Origin: Paramecium tetraurelia
Taxonomy: Eukaryota
DNA: 47,349 nt
Reading direction: 5' to 3'
Assembly: GCA_000165425.1 (NCBI GenBank)
Contig: CT868001.1
Location: forward strand, 248,001 to 295,349
Shown here: positions 23,501-35,900 of the stretch, one piece after another
Layout of the letters: each line of letters begins with the position of its first letter
Position numbering within the stretch: the first letter of the stretch is position 1
Notes under the pieces: model-generated
Databases searched by the model: none
Seen by the model: the letters and a program-made list of their open reading frames with translations, nothing else
What the model was told of the DNA's origin: nothing
Position numbers and translations under genes: made by a program

Positions 23501-25784
23501 ATTAGGTAATGTAATTAAATTTCTAAAATGTCAAATTACATAATTACTAATAAAATAGGATCATCAGGGCTTAGAAATTTTAAACTTTTATTTGCAAAGA
23601 AAAAATATTTCTCTATAACCATTCAAAATTATATACATATTTTATTAAACATAAAAATCTTGACCGAATTTGAGGTAAAGTGATATTTCCCTAAATCAAA
23701 TATAGTGAAAATATTAGTAATTATAATAAATGTTTAAATAAGAATGAATATCACTGATTTCAGAACAGTAAGTATTCTCTGTAATTAAATACCTGAATTT
23801 ATAATAGAATTCTAAATTTTAGGCGCAACTGTTTTCATAAAAATGTTATGCTATTTGAAGGTTTGGATTGATTTGAATTTATTTTAAGCATGTAAAAGCT
23901 TAAAGGGTATTTTATATATTTAATATAAATAATGGTGTATTTTCAACTATATTAATATTAAAAATATATATATTTGTTCCATTAGTCTAATTTAACAAAC
24001 TTTACATAAGTAAGAACATTGAGAACATTTTCCATCAGATTAATTTCTTATTGTAACAAATAATAATTTAAATTGCACTTAAAAATTATAAAATAGTGTC
24101 TATAGCTTTGCATTCAGATCACATTTTATCACAATATTAAAGACAGTTTTCTATTATTCTTTAATAACTTGATATGCATTAAGTGATTTAAGTTTATGGC
24201 TTTGTTATTAGGTAAAAAAATAAATAATATTTTTTAATCAAATAAATTTTTTTAATTATTTCCTTAAAAGAACTACTCTCTATAAAAGAATTATTGATGA
24301 AAAATGATTGATATACAAAAAGATGGTTGTTGATTAAATTTAGCAGATATATGAAGGGATGAATGATTAAAGATCATTTGAAGTGGATCATCGATATATG
24401 AAATTAAATTCAATCAATTATTTATCTTTGGAAAACGTAATAAAGCTCAATTAGTAATTTACATTAATTAACCAAATTCGTTTATTATTTTAGTAATTAT
24501 TTTTATGCAATTACTTTCACTATAAAATTGAATTTTACTACTGGCTAACCCAGTTAGATAGTAATAGCAATAATTTCTTTATTGTTCTGGTGAGTTGTAA
24601 AATTAATTTAGTCAAAGTTTGGAGTTCTGAAAATTATTTAATATCTAATATTTAGCCAATAGACTAGTATTTTTATTCATATGTTTAGGTGGAGAGGGGT
24701 ATTTTATCATTTGCAATATTTCATCGAATAAATGAATTCACAAATAACGTAATTAATAAATATAATATTTATAGGCTATATAAAAGAATAAAACTGTGTT
24801 AGGTAACTCAAAGTAATTCTCACTGTATTCAAAAAACTTACAAATCAAGAAAGAGAAATTTTCTTAATGATGTGAGGCAAGTAATTCTTTAGGCGAGTAT
24901 AGTTAATTTCTCTGAAATAATATTGATATTACTATCAAACCAGAAAGAATAATATATTTTTAAATTTGCATTTAATAGTATACTTAAATAAGGTAAATTT
25001 CAAAGATATTTAGGGAGAGATGGATTAACTGAACATCATTCATAAGAGAGGATACCTTATACACTTTAACTAATAATCTCAGAAACATCTCTATCATCAC
25101 ATTCGGAAACAAAAGCCACATATTTTTTTGATTAAAATTTAAACTACTGTGATGAAAAAAAGTTTCCAATTCGATTTATTTTTTAATTTTTTTCCACTTT
25201 TCATAAATTATAAATTATTTACCCACCTTTAATATTTAACATTTTATTAATCTGGTATTGAAATAATTACCAAATAATATAGATTAATCTATAAACTGTG
25301 TATGCTTAGATGTAAAAAACATAAGGTAAGAGCTACAGCGAAACATTTAATAGAGAGACATTTAAAAATATCGGAAGACAAATTATTAAAATTAATTTTT
25401 TAGTATTCAAGGAAAGAAGAAAAGAATTTAAAAGATGGAGCGTTAGATTGAGGAGTGTATTTAAAAAAGTAACTTTGAATAAATGTGAATTAATTTATAT
25501 ATTTTGTGTTTATCTCCCTTGCAGGGAAGAATGTAATGTAATCTGGTATTCTTATAAATAATGCTAATTATTATTATTATTTATAAGAGATCAAAAATTT
25601 TGTTAATTCACTTGGTTTTATCTCATACACATGACAAAATAAATCTCAATTATTTTCAGAATTCTATAGGATAAATAAATTTACCGAAACATTTTAAACA
25701 TTTTCTATAATTTTATCCTTAATTCTTGAACATTATTTCCTGAGCTAACTGTTAACCTAAATATCTATATCTAAAATTCTTTTT

Positions 25785-26990
25785 ATGAAAAAATTCTATC
25801 ATCCAAACTAAGGTTCTAGGTTTACTCCAACAGATCTAGTTCCAAAAATTCAAGTTACTATTCATCTGCCCGTGGGCAATTAATTGATTTTTTTACTCCA
25901 ATATCTAACCTAAAGACTGGTGTTTTTGGAGATGATTCTGATCAAAGAAACAATATTTAAAAAAGTAAACCTTCATTTAAAAAAATGGTTTAATTTAATT
26001 TGTAATAGAAAAAAATAATAATACGTCATCGAATAATATTAAATAAGAGTTAATCAAGAACTTAATAACTAAGGCTGATTTTATTATAGACTAATTCACT
26101 TTTGCTAGGATAGTTAAAGAGAAGGGAATAGTGTTTTCCAACTCAAACTTCAGTGCTCTTTACCCTGAGTAACTTTCTATTAATAAAAGACGCATATACT
26201 TTCTATGATGGAATGCATTTTATCTTTACAAATATACAAAGAGAATATATTGACTAATTAAAAGAGGTAAATGAGTTAGGACTTGATTCCTAAATCATTA
26301 ATTAGGTAACTTGGAGTGTCAAATTAGTTAAAGTATATGGTGAAGATATGGAGTAAAGAGATAAAATTAACAATAATTTTGGAGGATATTTTTAACTAGT
26401 AAAGCTGGACACTTAAATAAGGAAAAGAATAATAAAAATTAAGTTGCCTTTGCCAAAAATAGATCAATAGAACCTGAAATTCCATAATTGTTAATGAAAC
26501 GAGATTAAACTTAACCTTAGTAAAATAGTAAATGAAATCCATTATTAGCATTAAGTTTAAAAGAATAATCAAATAATTTAGTTACTCTAATCCTAGAAAA
26601 TAAAATTAATCAACGAAATACCATTAACAATTACTTATATGAAAATTTGAAATATCTCAATATGAAGCTGATATCATCGTTAAAAGAAAACTTCCCACAT
26701 TTATGATTACTGGGAGTAAGGGAAAATTACTACATTAGAGTCAAGCTCTAGTGGGCATATCTCTAGGTATTTCAGATTGGGAATGAGTGATTTGATTTTT
26801 TTCTCCTAGCCAAAATTAGTTAAAGCTCTAAGGGTTCTGTACTGTCAAATATTCGATACATCTTACCTTTGAGAGAGTCTCCCATATACTTCTAGTTTGC
26901 ATATGGGGTGAATTTAAATACTAAGATAGATGTTGCATTTACTCTAATGAACCTTTAGTAGACTTAAAGGATTATTTTTCATTATCTTGA
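25785..26990 (+). pseudogene. Decayed gene of unknown family
   Basis: Protein-like blocks (FYDGMHFIFTNIQREYIDQLKEVNELGLDSQIINQVTWSVKLVKVYG; EISQYEADIIVKRKLPTFMITGSKG; LKLQGFCTVKYSIHLTFERVSHILLVCIWGEF) are separated by frame changes and in-frame TGA. Confidence 0.45.
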
Positions 26991-27130
26991 TGATAAGTTT
27001 TGCCAAACGATCAACAAATTGAGAGAGGATTTTCCATAATAATTAAGATATATTATTAAAATAATATATATATATTAATTTCTTATTCTATCAAAGTTAA
27101 AGTATTCATATTTTAAATAACATTAATTTA

Positions 27131-29388
27131 ATGTCTGGAGAATAAATTAACTATTGTGATATTCATCAATCAGAATTTGTCGCTATAGAAAATGGGGAAA
27201 ATGAAATGGAAAAAAGAAGATTATGTCTAAAATGTTTAGCAAATGGACATAAGAGGAAAGTTATTCTCATAAAAGATTAGATTAAAAATGTCTAGGACAT
27301 AAAATCACAATTTAATTCAGACAGACAAAAATAAATCAAAGGCAATTTGTAATATATAACAGAGTTGATAGAAAAAATTTCATAGCTCAAAGATTTCTAT
27401 ATTACTTAAATAAAGAAAATTGATGAACTTGGGGAAATTTGGAAACAGAAAATTCAAATTATGGGGGATTCTTCTATAGAATAGGTCAACAAACAGGAAG
27501 AAAATAATTAGGAATAATTTTTATGTTTTGTTAATTAATTGTAAAATATTCAAATTCAAGAATTGTCTTAAAATTAAATTGATATTGAAAATTAATTATT
27601 ATTGCTTAAAGAACCAGAAGTATTATAAGATTGTATTTAAATTGTAAAAAAAGTTCAATTTGACACTAAGATAATTAATATAGAAACTTAAGAAAAGGAT
27701 TAAAAGTTAGTAATAATATATTATAGATTAATTAGAAATTAAATATATTCTGTGAAGAACATAAAAATTAGAGAGTTATATTATTCGATTTGGGGAAAGT
27801 GGATACACAATTGAAGCGTTTGGCTTGTTTATAATGTATAGATAAAAAATCTTCATAAAATTATTAAACAGTAAATTTTGTTCATTTAAAATGGAATAAA
27901 ATTATAACAAAGCGGCAAGAAAACATGGAAAGGAATTTAAGAACATTAGATCTAAAAGTTAATTCAATAAATAAAGACATATATTCAATTTAAGAATCCA
28001 TAAAGTAATCCTTTGAGTAAAATCACTAGAAATTAGACATAAATTATAACTAATATAAAAAAGATGTTGAGTAAAGTACATGTCAAATGAAAATTAAATG
28101 GTAATAATTATCAAAAGAAGAAATACTCAAAATAGTAGAAGAGATTAGTAATACTGAAGAAGAATAAATATATAGAGATCCACTATTATAAAAGTATGTT
28201 AACTAAGAGGAATTAGTAAACTAAATTATCAAAGAAAATCTTTTGTATTTATAAGCATGTTAGTTGGCTCAAATTAGCAAATTAAATAACCCACTCTTAT
28301 AAAATTAAATATTTGATGAAATTACAACACTGATTTAAAAAACGAACTCAAATTTGAATAATGTTTTCAGAACTGGAGTTAATTCAACTTAGATCCAAAA
28401 GGAAGTATAAACAAAAGGCTAAATTAATAATTAAAATTTCACATATAAACTAATGAGAGAAAGCTCAGTCAAAGAAGAGCAATTATGTCGTGCAATGGCT
28501 TTTAATAAGGATTGTTCAATAGTCTTGGTCGGATGTAATGATTAAATACAGGTATATGAATTTAGATAGGAAAGGCTAAAAAAAAATAAAGATCTCAAGG
28601 AACATGGAGGTAATGTTGTCGCTTTAAGTTTTATGAAAAAGTCGAATTAATTTATATCTGGAAGCGAAGGAGATGGATTGATTATAATTTGGTCGCTAAA
28701 TCCAAATAATGAATGGTTGATATCGGAAAAGTTAATAGAACACTCTGCAGGAATAAGATGTTTAATATTGAATGACAACGAAGATCTAATTGTATCATGT
28801 GACCTTGATGATACAATTTTTTTTTGGGTCAAATAATAATAATAAAATTAATGGATTCTACAATAAACAATTAATAAATAAAGCGTATGTGCATTAAGTA
28901 TAAATTAACAGTAGAATAAATTGATCTTATGTGGGTAGGATGATTAAATATTAATATTAGAATTTTAAAAATCAAATAAAATTTGGGTTGCAAAACAGAA
29001 GGTATCAAAAAAAGGAATTAGAATTTGCTTCATAGAGGATAATTTATTCACAATCTAAACATATTAAAATGAGATTTTGGAAGTGTATGAAATGAAGAAT
29101 AAAAGTAAATTTACTAAAACTAAAGATGTTTAAGTATTGCGAGGTCAATAAGAGGAATGTCCTTTATTCCCTTAATAATATATAAAGTCAAAATGCTTGC
29201 TTGTTAGTAAGAATTGCTAATATGTAAATATTATTAAAATCAAAGAAAATGGAGAATTTATAACTTAACAATCTATAGAGTTTCAAAGCAGTAAGTTGTA
29301 TGGATGTATGAGTGATGATGCATAGTATCTTATAACTTGGGATAATGTATCAAAAGAAATACAAATTAGAAAACATTAAGAATTGTGA
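27131..29388 (+). CDS. Two B-box-like zinc fingers with coiled coils and C-terminal WD40 repeats (Paramecium-expanded type)
   Basis: CDIH...RRLCLKCL and CEEH...RLACLQCI. WD40 blades include LKEHGGNVVALSFMKKSNQFISGSEGDGLIIIW and LIEHSAGIRCLILNDNEDLIVSCDLDDTIFFW. Ends SDDAQYLITWDNVSKEIQIRKHQEL-TGA. One 26-nt intron near 27710. Confidence 0.88.
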
Positions 29389-29649
29389 GGAGTTTTTAAG
29401 TTTTTAAAAATGAAAATTTGACAAATAAAATTATCAATTTTTTTTTTAATTGAGAGATCCCTAATACCTATTTTCTTAGATGATGTATCATTTTTGGAAC
29501 TTTTCAAATTTTTAAGATTTCTCTTTTTTTTGAGGATCCATTAAATTTCATTTTATGATTATTAATGTTACTATTAATTTATCTTTCTGATTTATTTAAA
29601 ATAGTATTGTTTCTTTTTGGATATTGATCTTAACACTTATTTGTTTAAT

Positions 29650-29870
29650 TTATTTCCTAATATGTCCCTAATATCAAGAGAAACTTAGCAAAGAATATCA
29701 CCTATTGCATCACGAATTTAAAATATCGAAAGATTGCTCCATATTTCAAAAAAATTATACACCTGGATTGGAGGATCGATTTTGCATAATTGTAAAATCA
29801 TTGTTTGAGTGGAATTGCAAAGTCAGAATATGATGAGAATAGACAACTACATTTACAAGAACAGATTTGA
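29650..29870 (+). pseudogene. Actin-family C-terminal remnant
   Basis: YTWIGGSIL at about 29758-29785 and, after a frame break, IAKSEYDEN correspond to actin WIGGSIL...ISK.EYDE. There is no intact upstream ORF. Confidence 0.7.
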
Positions 29871-29956
29871 GAGATAAATTATTTTAGATAATAGAGGAAT
29901 TCAGATTGATTGAAGAAGGTTGTTGATAAATATTTTTATTTTTTGCATAATTATAA

Positions 29957-32900
29957 TCAATCTGATAATTGCATTAGTAAAGCAGTACCTCTTTTAATCC
30001 AGAAATCTTCTTCATTTGAAGCCTGGCCTGGATTAGGTTTGCAGGGCAACATAACATCAAACTGATATGATGGTCTTTCCATGACACCACAACGCACTTG
30101 ATAATAATATGTGGGACATAAATAAAAGTTTTAACCTAAAAATATATGATCATTTTATACCTTTCTTTGATTTGCTTTTGCCCTCTTAGCTGACTGGTTT
30201 GAATAGGACGATTGGCATTTAATCGTGTAATTTCATGGGCTCAGCATCAACAATATAGTTCTTTTCATCCCATTTTGCTCCTTCAAGGAATAAACCATGA
30301 ATATATGCACCATCTTTGGCAGCCTGAGGTTCAGATCCATGTGGAAGGAAAGAGAATTCCCATCCAAATTGATCAATTGGAGTATTGACCTTTCTGGCAC
30401 TCTATTGTAATAAAGCTGTAGTGAATCCAGTAGGGAATGAGAATCCAGAAATCCAAAAGACACTGGGTTATTATTTGATCCAACTTCTTAATTGTGCTAC
30501 TCTCTTCTCAAGATCAACAATCCAACTAGATAAGGGTTTTAAGGAGTGATAACAGAATTTCCATTATTGAGGAACTTTGTTATCAAATAGACTGTGCATG
30601 ATAGTTTCAAGGTCTTCTGAAATAAGCACTAGACCACTGAGACCTTTGTCTAAGTTAATGAGTGAATTTCTGACTGTGTTTAATAATTTATTGTATCTGG
30701 AAATCTCTTACATCAACACTATTTTCAATGGGTTTTAATCTCCAGGTCTAACTTTCTCGATTGCTTCTTGCATATCAATTTCCTCTGGTACTTTGCCTAA
30801 GGTTTCTTGGATGAGTTTCTACACTTTGGTTTCCATGGATTCTTCACCAGCCTTCACAGATTATGGCGATAATGAGATGATAGAATCAATTAGAGCATTT
30901 GTATCAGCAATCTATGAGGATATTTCAGCATTAATATGTTAGCCGAACACTTCAGCTCTCTCCACTGGAGGGAAATCTTCAACTTTACTTCTGTAGAACA
31001 ATACATGATTGCTAATTTTATCATTCTTGCTTTCTTTTGGTTTGAATTCCTCAGGAATATAATAGTATTATGAATTCTCAACCAATTTATATTTCTCTTC
31101 AAAAATAATCTTATCTTAGAAGAAACTATTAGCATAGACCTTCAACAATCTTTAATCATACTTGTCTGTCACTCTACCTCCATAGATAACATCAGCTATT
31201 AGATACCTGATTGCATCCCAAGGAGGACTCTTCTACACTGGTTAATCTTATTATTGTTATCCAAGTTATTATTATTATTGTTGTTAATTGTGTTTGCTAT
31301 CATGTTATGTCTAGTCAACGTACATCAAAAGAATATTATCAGCAGTTTCCCAATCTGAATCATTGAAATCATAGATAACATTCCATCCCATAGATTTGAA
31401 CCTCTTACGTTCAATAATTAAACTATGGAACCAACAAAGTGAATACACTAATTTCATATAATGTAATTGATTGGTCAATTTCTACTATGAAAGAATTGAT
31501 GGATCAAATTTTGATTATGACATATTGGTGTACAATCTATTCATATTAGCCTTTACTCCTTTAGGTGGTTCTGTTGTCACCTTTAAACACTTTTAAAGTA
31601 TGCTAATAGGGAATTTTGGATGAGGAGCAGAACTCAACCATAATCTGAACTTTTCACTTGTGGCATCTGATTATCTCAGAGTTTCCATGCACTTCTCTAA
31701 TTCTTTCAAGAAACTCAAACTCAAATGACAATTTGCCAAATACACCCATAGACCAGCCTTGCTACCTTCATATAATTTATCAATAGCCTTTTAAGCTTAA
31801 CCTTAACCCAAGGACACTGGTAACAACTAGCAATCCTTCATCTTGGCAAATTGCTCCAATTAATGATAGGGATCAACACCTGGAGACAAGATGAATATCA
31901 CAGGCTTATTTTTGGTGGTGTCATTGTAAATCGAATCATAAGTAGTTGCAGGTGGCTAGGTATAGAATTGTCCCATGGTTGCATTAACAAATGCTTATGC
32001 TGCCAAAAGAACTCTGTCAGGTCTGATTATTTTAAGTAAGATCATCTTCTTAAGACTATCACATTTTTGATCCCATTCGCCTGGTAATGCGTCTGATTCT
32101 GGTGTTGGACTCAAATACCACTTCTTCCATTCTTTACCATTGTGATTGAAAGCATTGATGATACCAGTAAAGTTTGGTAATTTATCCAAATCACAAATGG
32201 GCTTGCCATTATTATTCAGTGACCCAATCTGAAATTGGATTGTGAGGTTGATTCTTTCTATCTGCATTTGGATCTCCACCTCTCAAGAAGAAGTTGTATT
32301 CCTCTAAATCAATTGTAATCTAACTCTTCAATTCGCTTGTGATGTTCACAGCCATTTAAATGGCCAGCAAGAGTTTATCTTTCTCGAATAATCCTCGGCA
32401 TGCAGTTTTGAATATCTCTTCAGAATGTCTAGCTGCAATATCTGATAATTTCTCTTACAAAGAGTCATTTATGGATGCTCCTCTGCTTTGATATGTATTG
32501 ATATTTTCACCAAAATTACTCAATGTAATTGGACAAGGCAAATTGATACATGTGATCAATAAGTGAAAAATCATTTAAAACAAAGAATAATTTGGATGCA
32601 ATTCTGGCTAATGAACGATAGTTTTCTCTTGCTGCAAAGGTTTTCTTCATTGAAACAGCTGAGGTTTCGATTTGCTTCTTGACCTCTTCCTCAGTTTCCT
32701 TAGATTTGTCTAAGGTGACAATAAGATTTTCATCATCAATCAAACTTCCTTTGATTTCCTAGAGCATCTTCAAAATATCATCATCCAACTTACGTAAAGT
32801 TATCTCATTTTAAGATTTCTTATTGACCAAATCATTCTTACTCTTTTCTAATTAGGCTTCCATAATTTGAATGACAACTGAAATCAATTATTCTTCCAGA

Positions 32901-35900
32901 CCTTTTTATTTCACTGTGAAATTAACTAAAGTGACTCTTGTTTATGTTTCAGCCTTATACTTTGGATTAGCCAATTTAGTAGTCATGTAGAATCTGAAAT
33001 TAGGATTGTACAAGATTTCTTTTTCTCCCATGTACATCATTAACTTATTATTGACTGTTCTCAATTATTTATTCAAGACTGGTTCCAAAGAAGGATCCAA
33101 ATCTTCTCCCATGTTTTCTAAGATCACAATTTATCCATTTGCAATAGCTGTTTCAATTATGCTCATCATCTTTTCATTCTATGGATCTAGCTCTTTAAGA
33201 TTATTCTTATTGATGGCTCTTTCCATATTTTTAATCCAATTGTTGGCTTAGACTTGTGGATCAATCATCAATGGCCATCTTCTTCCTTAAGTGACTAGAA
33301 CACCATTTTCTTTAGAAAATTGATCATCTGGCAATCCTTATTGACTCCATTATAAGAACTAAACTGGTTTAACTAGAAAATCAGGGAAATTCCAATCTTT
33401 AGAGTATGGGATCTTTAAGTATCTGACTTATCCAATTAACTATTCAGCAACAAATTGTTGTCTATATTCAGATGGGAATGGACCTGCATAACTCAAGAAT
33501 GCAGCTGTCATTAAGGCATCTCCAACCAAGACTTCTAGTTTTCCTTACAATTCCTTTCTCCTTATAGCCCAACCTTCTTTGGTGCTTGCCAATCCTGATA
33601 TCAACTTTTCTGCTCTCTCCAATTTGTTAACCAACACTGAAGTTTCTCTGGTATACATTTCCATATCATCCTTTGCTCTCTACAAATCGGTCTTCAATTT
33701 TTCAATACTCTACTTCAAAATCTAGAAGTTCTCCTGCAATTATTGGAATTCATCTTCACTCTTCTTCAATTTCTCTTTCAAATACTTGACCTTGTTTCTC
33801 TTGGGTTCAATGTCCTTAAATGCTTTGGCATACATTTCCAATGACAAGACCCATCTCCAAAGAGTACCAGAAGCAACTGAAATGGCATCAATCTTGGAGG
33901 GAAGCATTTCAGGATCACTTGTGATTTTCTCAATTCTAACTAGAGTCTTATTCATGATGTGATCCTTGTCGACTTTCTTCAATTGCTACAAGAAATCAGG
34001 AGCAGTCATTTCCTTCTTGGCACTTGCCCAAGTTGCCTCCTTACCCATGATAATCATGACAGCCTATAAGACATTATCCACACCATTAGGAGGTTTACTG
34101 TAAGCTCTAACTTCAGCCAATTGTTATTTATCTAATTATTCCAATCCTTGTTCAGCTGCTCTCAATGCAGGTTCTGCTTTTTCTAAATCCTTTTGTGCTT
34201 CTTCTGCCAGAGTCTCCACTTCAGCCTTTTCCTTTTCCANNNNNNNNNNNNNNNNNNNNNNNNNNNNNNNNNNNNNNNNNNNNNNNNNNNNNNNNNNNNN
34301 NNNNNNNNNNNNNNNNNNNNNNNNNNNNNNNNNNNNNNNNNNNNNNNNNNNNNNNNNNNNNNNNNNNNNNNNNNNNNNNNNNNNNNNNNCCAGAAAATGA
34401 GCCATGTTGTAAAGGGTAATACTATAGTTTCTTAATATTATCGAATTCATGTTTTGTTGCATCAATTTCTTAGATGAATAATTCTAAGACTACTATAGCC
34501 TTATTTTGAACTACCCTCTTGATCGATTGTCTTTTAGCCAATTAATCAAAAGCTTCCAATAATTCAACTCCTTATTGAACTGTTGTCATACTCTCAAAAG
34601 CATTATTAATAATATTGGTGTACATAACATCCAAATCCTTTACTCCATTACGAAATGCATTAAAGACATCATGCCACTTAGAGGCTTTCACATCTAATAT
34701 CTTATCCTTATCAGTTTTACGAATATCTCTGATTGGTTTCAAATGCTTAGCAAAACTATCCTTTATTTATTCAAGATTATCTTCAATCTCTTGACCTTTG
34801 CTGCCTCCAAATTGTGGAATGTGACTACCAGCTCCTTTTCTGGCAAATTGCAATTATCCTTCACATATTTCCAATAACTCCTTGCAACGAGAGATGAAGG
34901 CATCAACTTAAGCAAATATAGAATTATTGAAATCCCATTTAGGTCCTTTAGTCAATGATGACATCTTCTCAATTGCAACTGACATTCTTTAGTAAATCTT
35001 CTTCCATTGTTCTCCACACTCAATTGAATCATTCAAATCTTAAATGCATTTCTCCACATCACCATCCAACATGTCATTGATATTGATACTAGACTTGCAT
35101 CTCTTAATAATCTCATTTGAAATTTTATGGATCAATCCTTGAATCCTCTCTGGAGTATTAAAGTATCTAGACTTCTCCCAGATATATCTCACTCTGAATA
35201 ACAAATTCGGGAGTAATTCTGGGATCTCCTTGGGTGTAGCTGTCTCCAACTATTTGCAAGGTTCATACAGAATCTTTAGATTTTCTAAGTTGTCCTCTGC
35301 TTAACTGGATCCCAATTTGATATTCTCAGTAACATCCTTGAAGCTCTAGACATATTGACTATCACTCAATATTTGGATGATTCTTTTCAACTCTGGTTTC
35401 TCCAATTATTCATGAATGTGCGATAAATTATTTTTTCTTTATCTCCAATAAGAGATCTCATCAAGTGGACCTGCATTCTCATTCTCAATAGCCAATTCTT
35501 AATTATTCACAATGTCTTTGATTTATCTCTACCAATGTAATAAGATTGCCTCTAATCTTTACAACAAGTCTTTGTCATGAGGAGCTTACTCAATATTATT
35601 CAAGTCTTCATTTGGGAATATACAACTCAGTAATGCCTTCTTGACTGAAGGAATACTCAGTAAGAGTTGCCATGAATTTATGTAATTGAGCCAAGAACTC
35701 TTTTTTTACATTTTCANNNNNNNNNNNNNNNNNNNNNNNNNNNNNNNNNNNNNNNNNNNNNNNNNNNNNNNNNNNNNNNNNNNNNNNNNNNNNNNNNNNN
35801 NNNNNNNNNNNNNNNNNNNNNNNNNNNNNNNNNNNNNNNNNNNNNNNNNNNNNNNNNNNNNNNNNNTATAATTTGGGGGGGTGTCACATAGTAGATTCTT

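Noticed and set aside
34136..35871. ORFs containing X runs
   Set aside because: They are artefacts of translating through N gaps.
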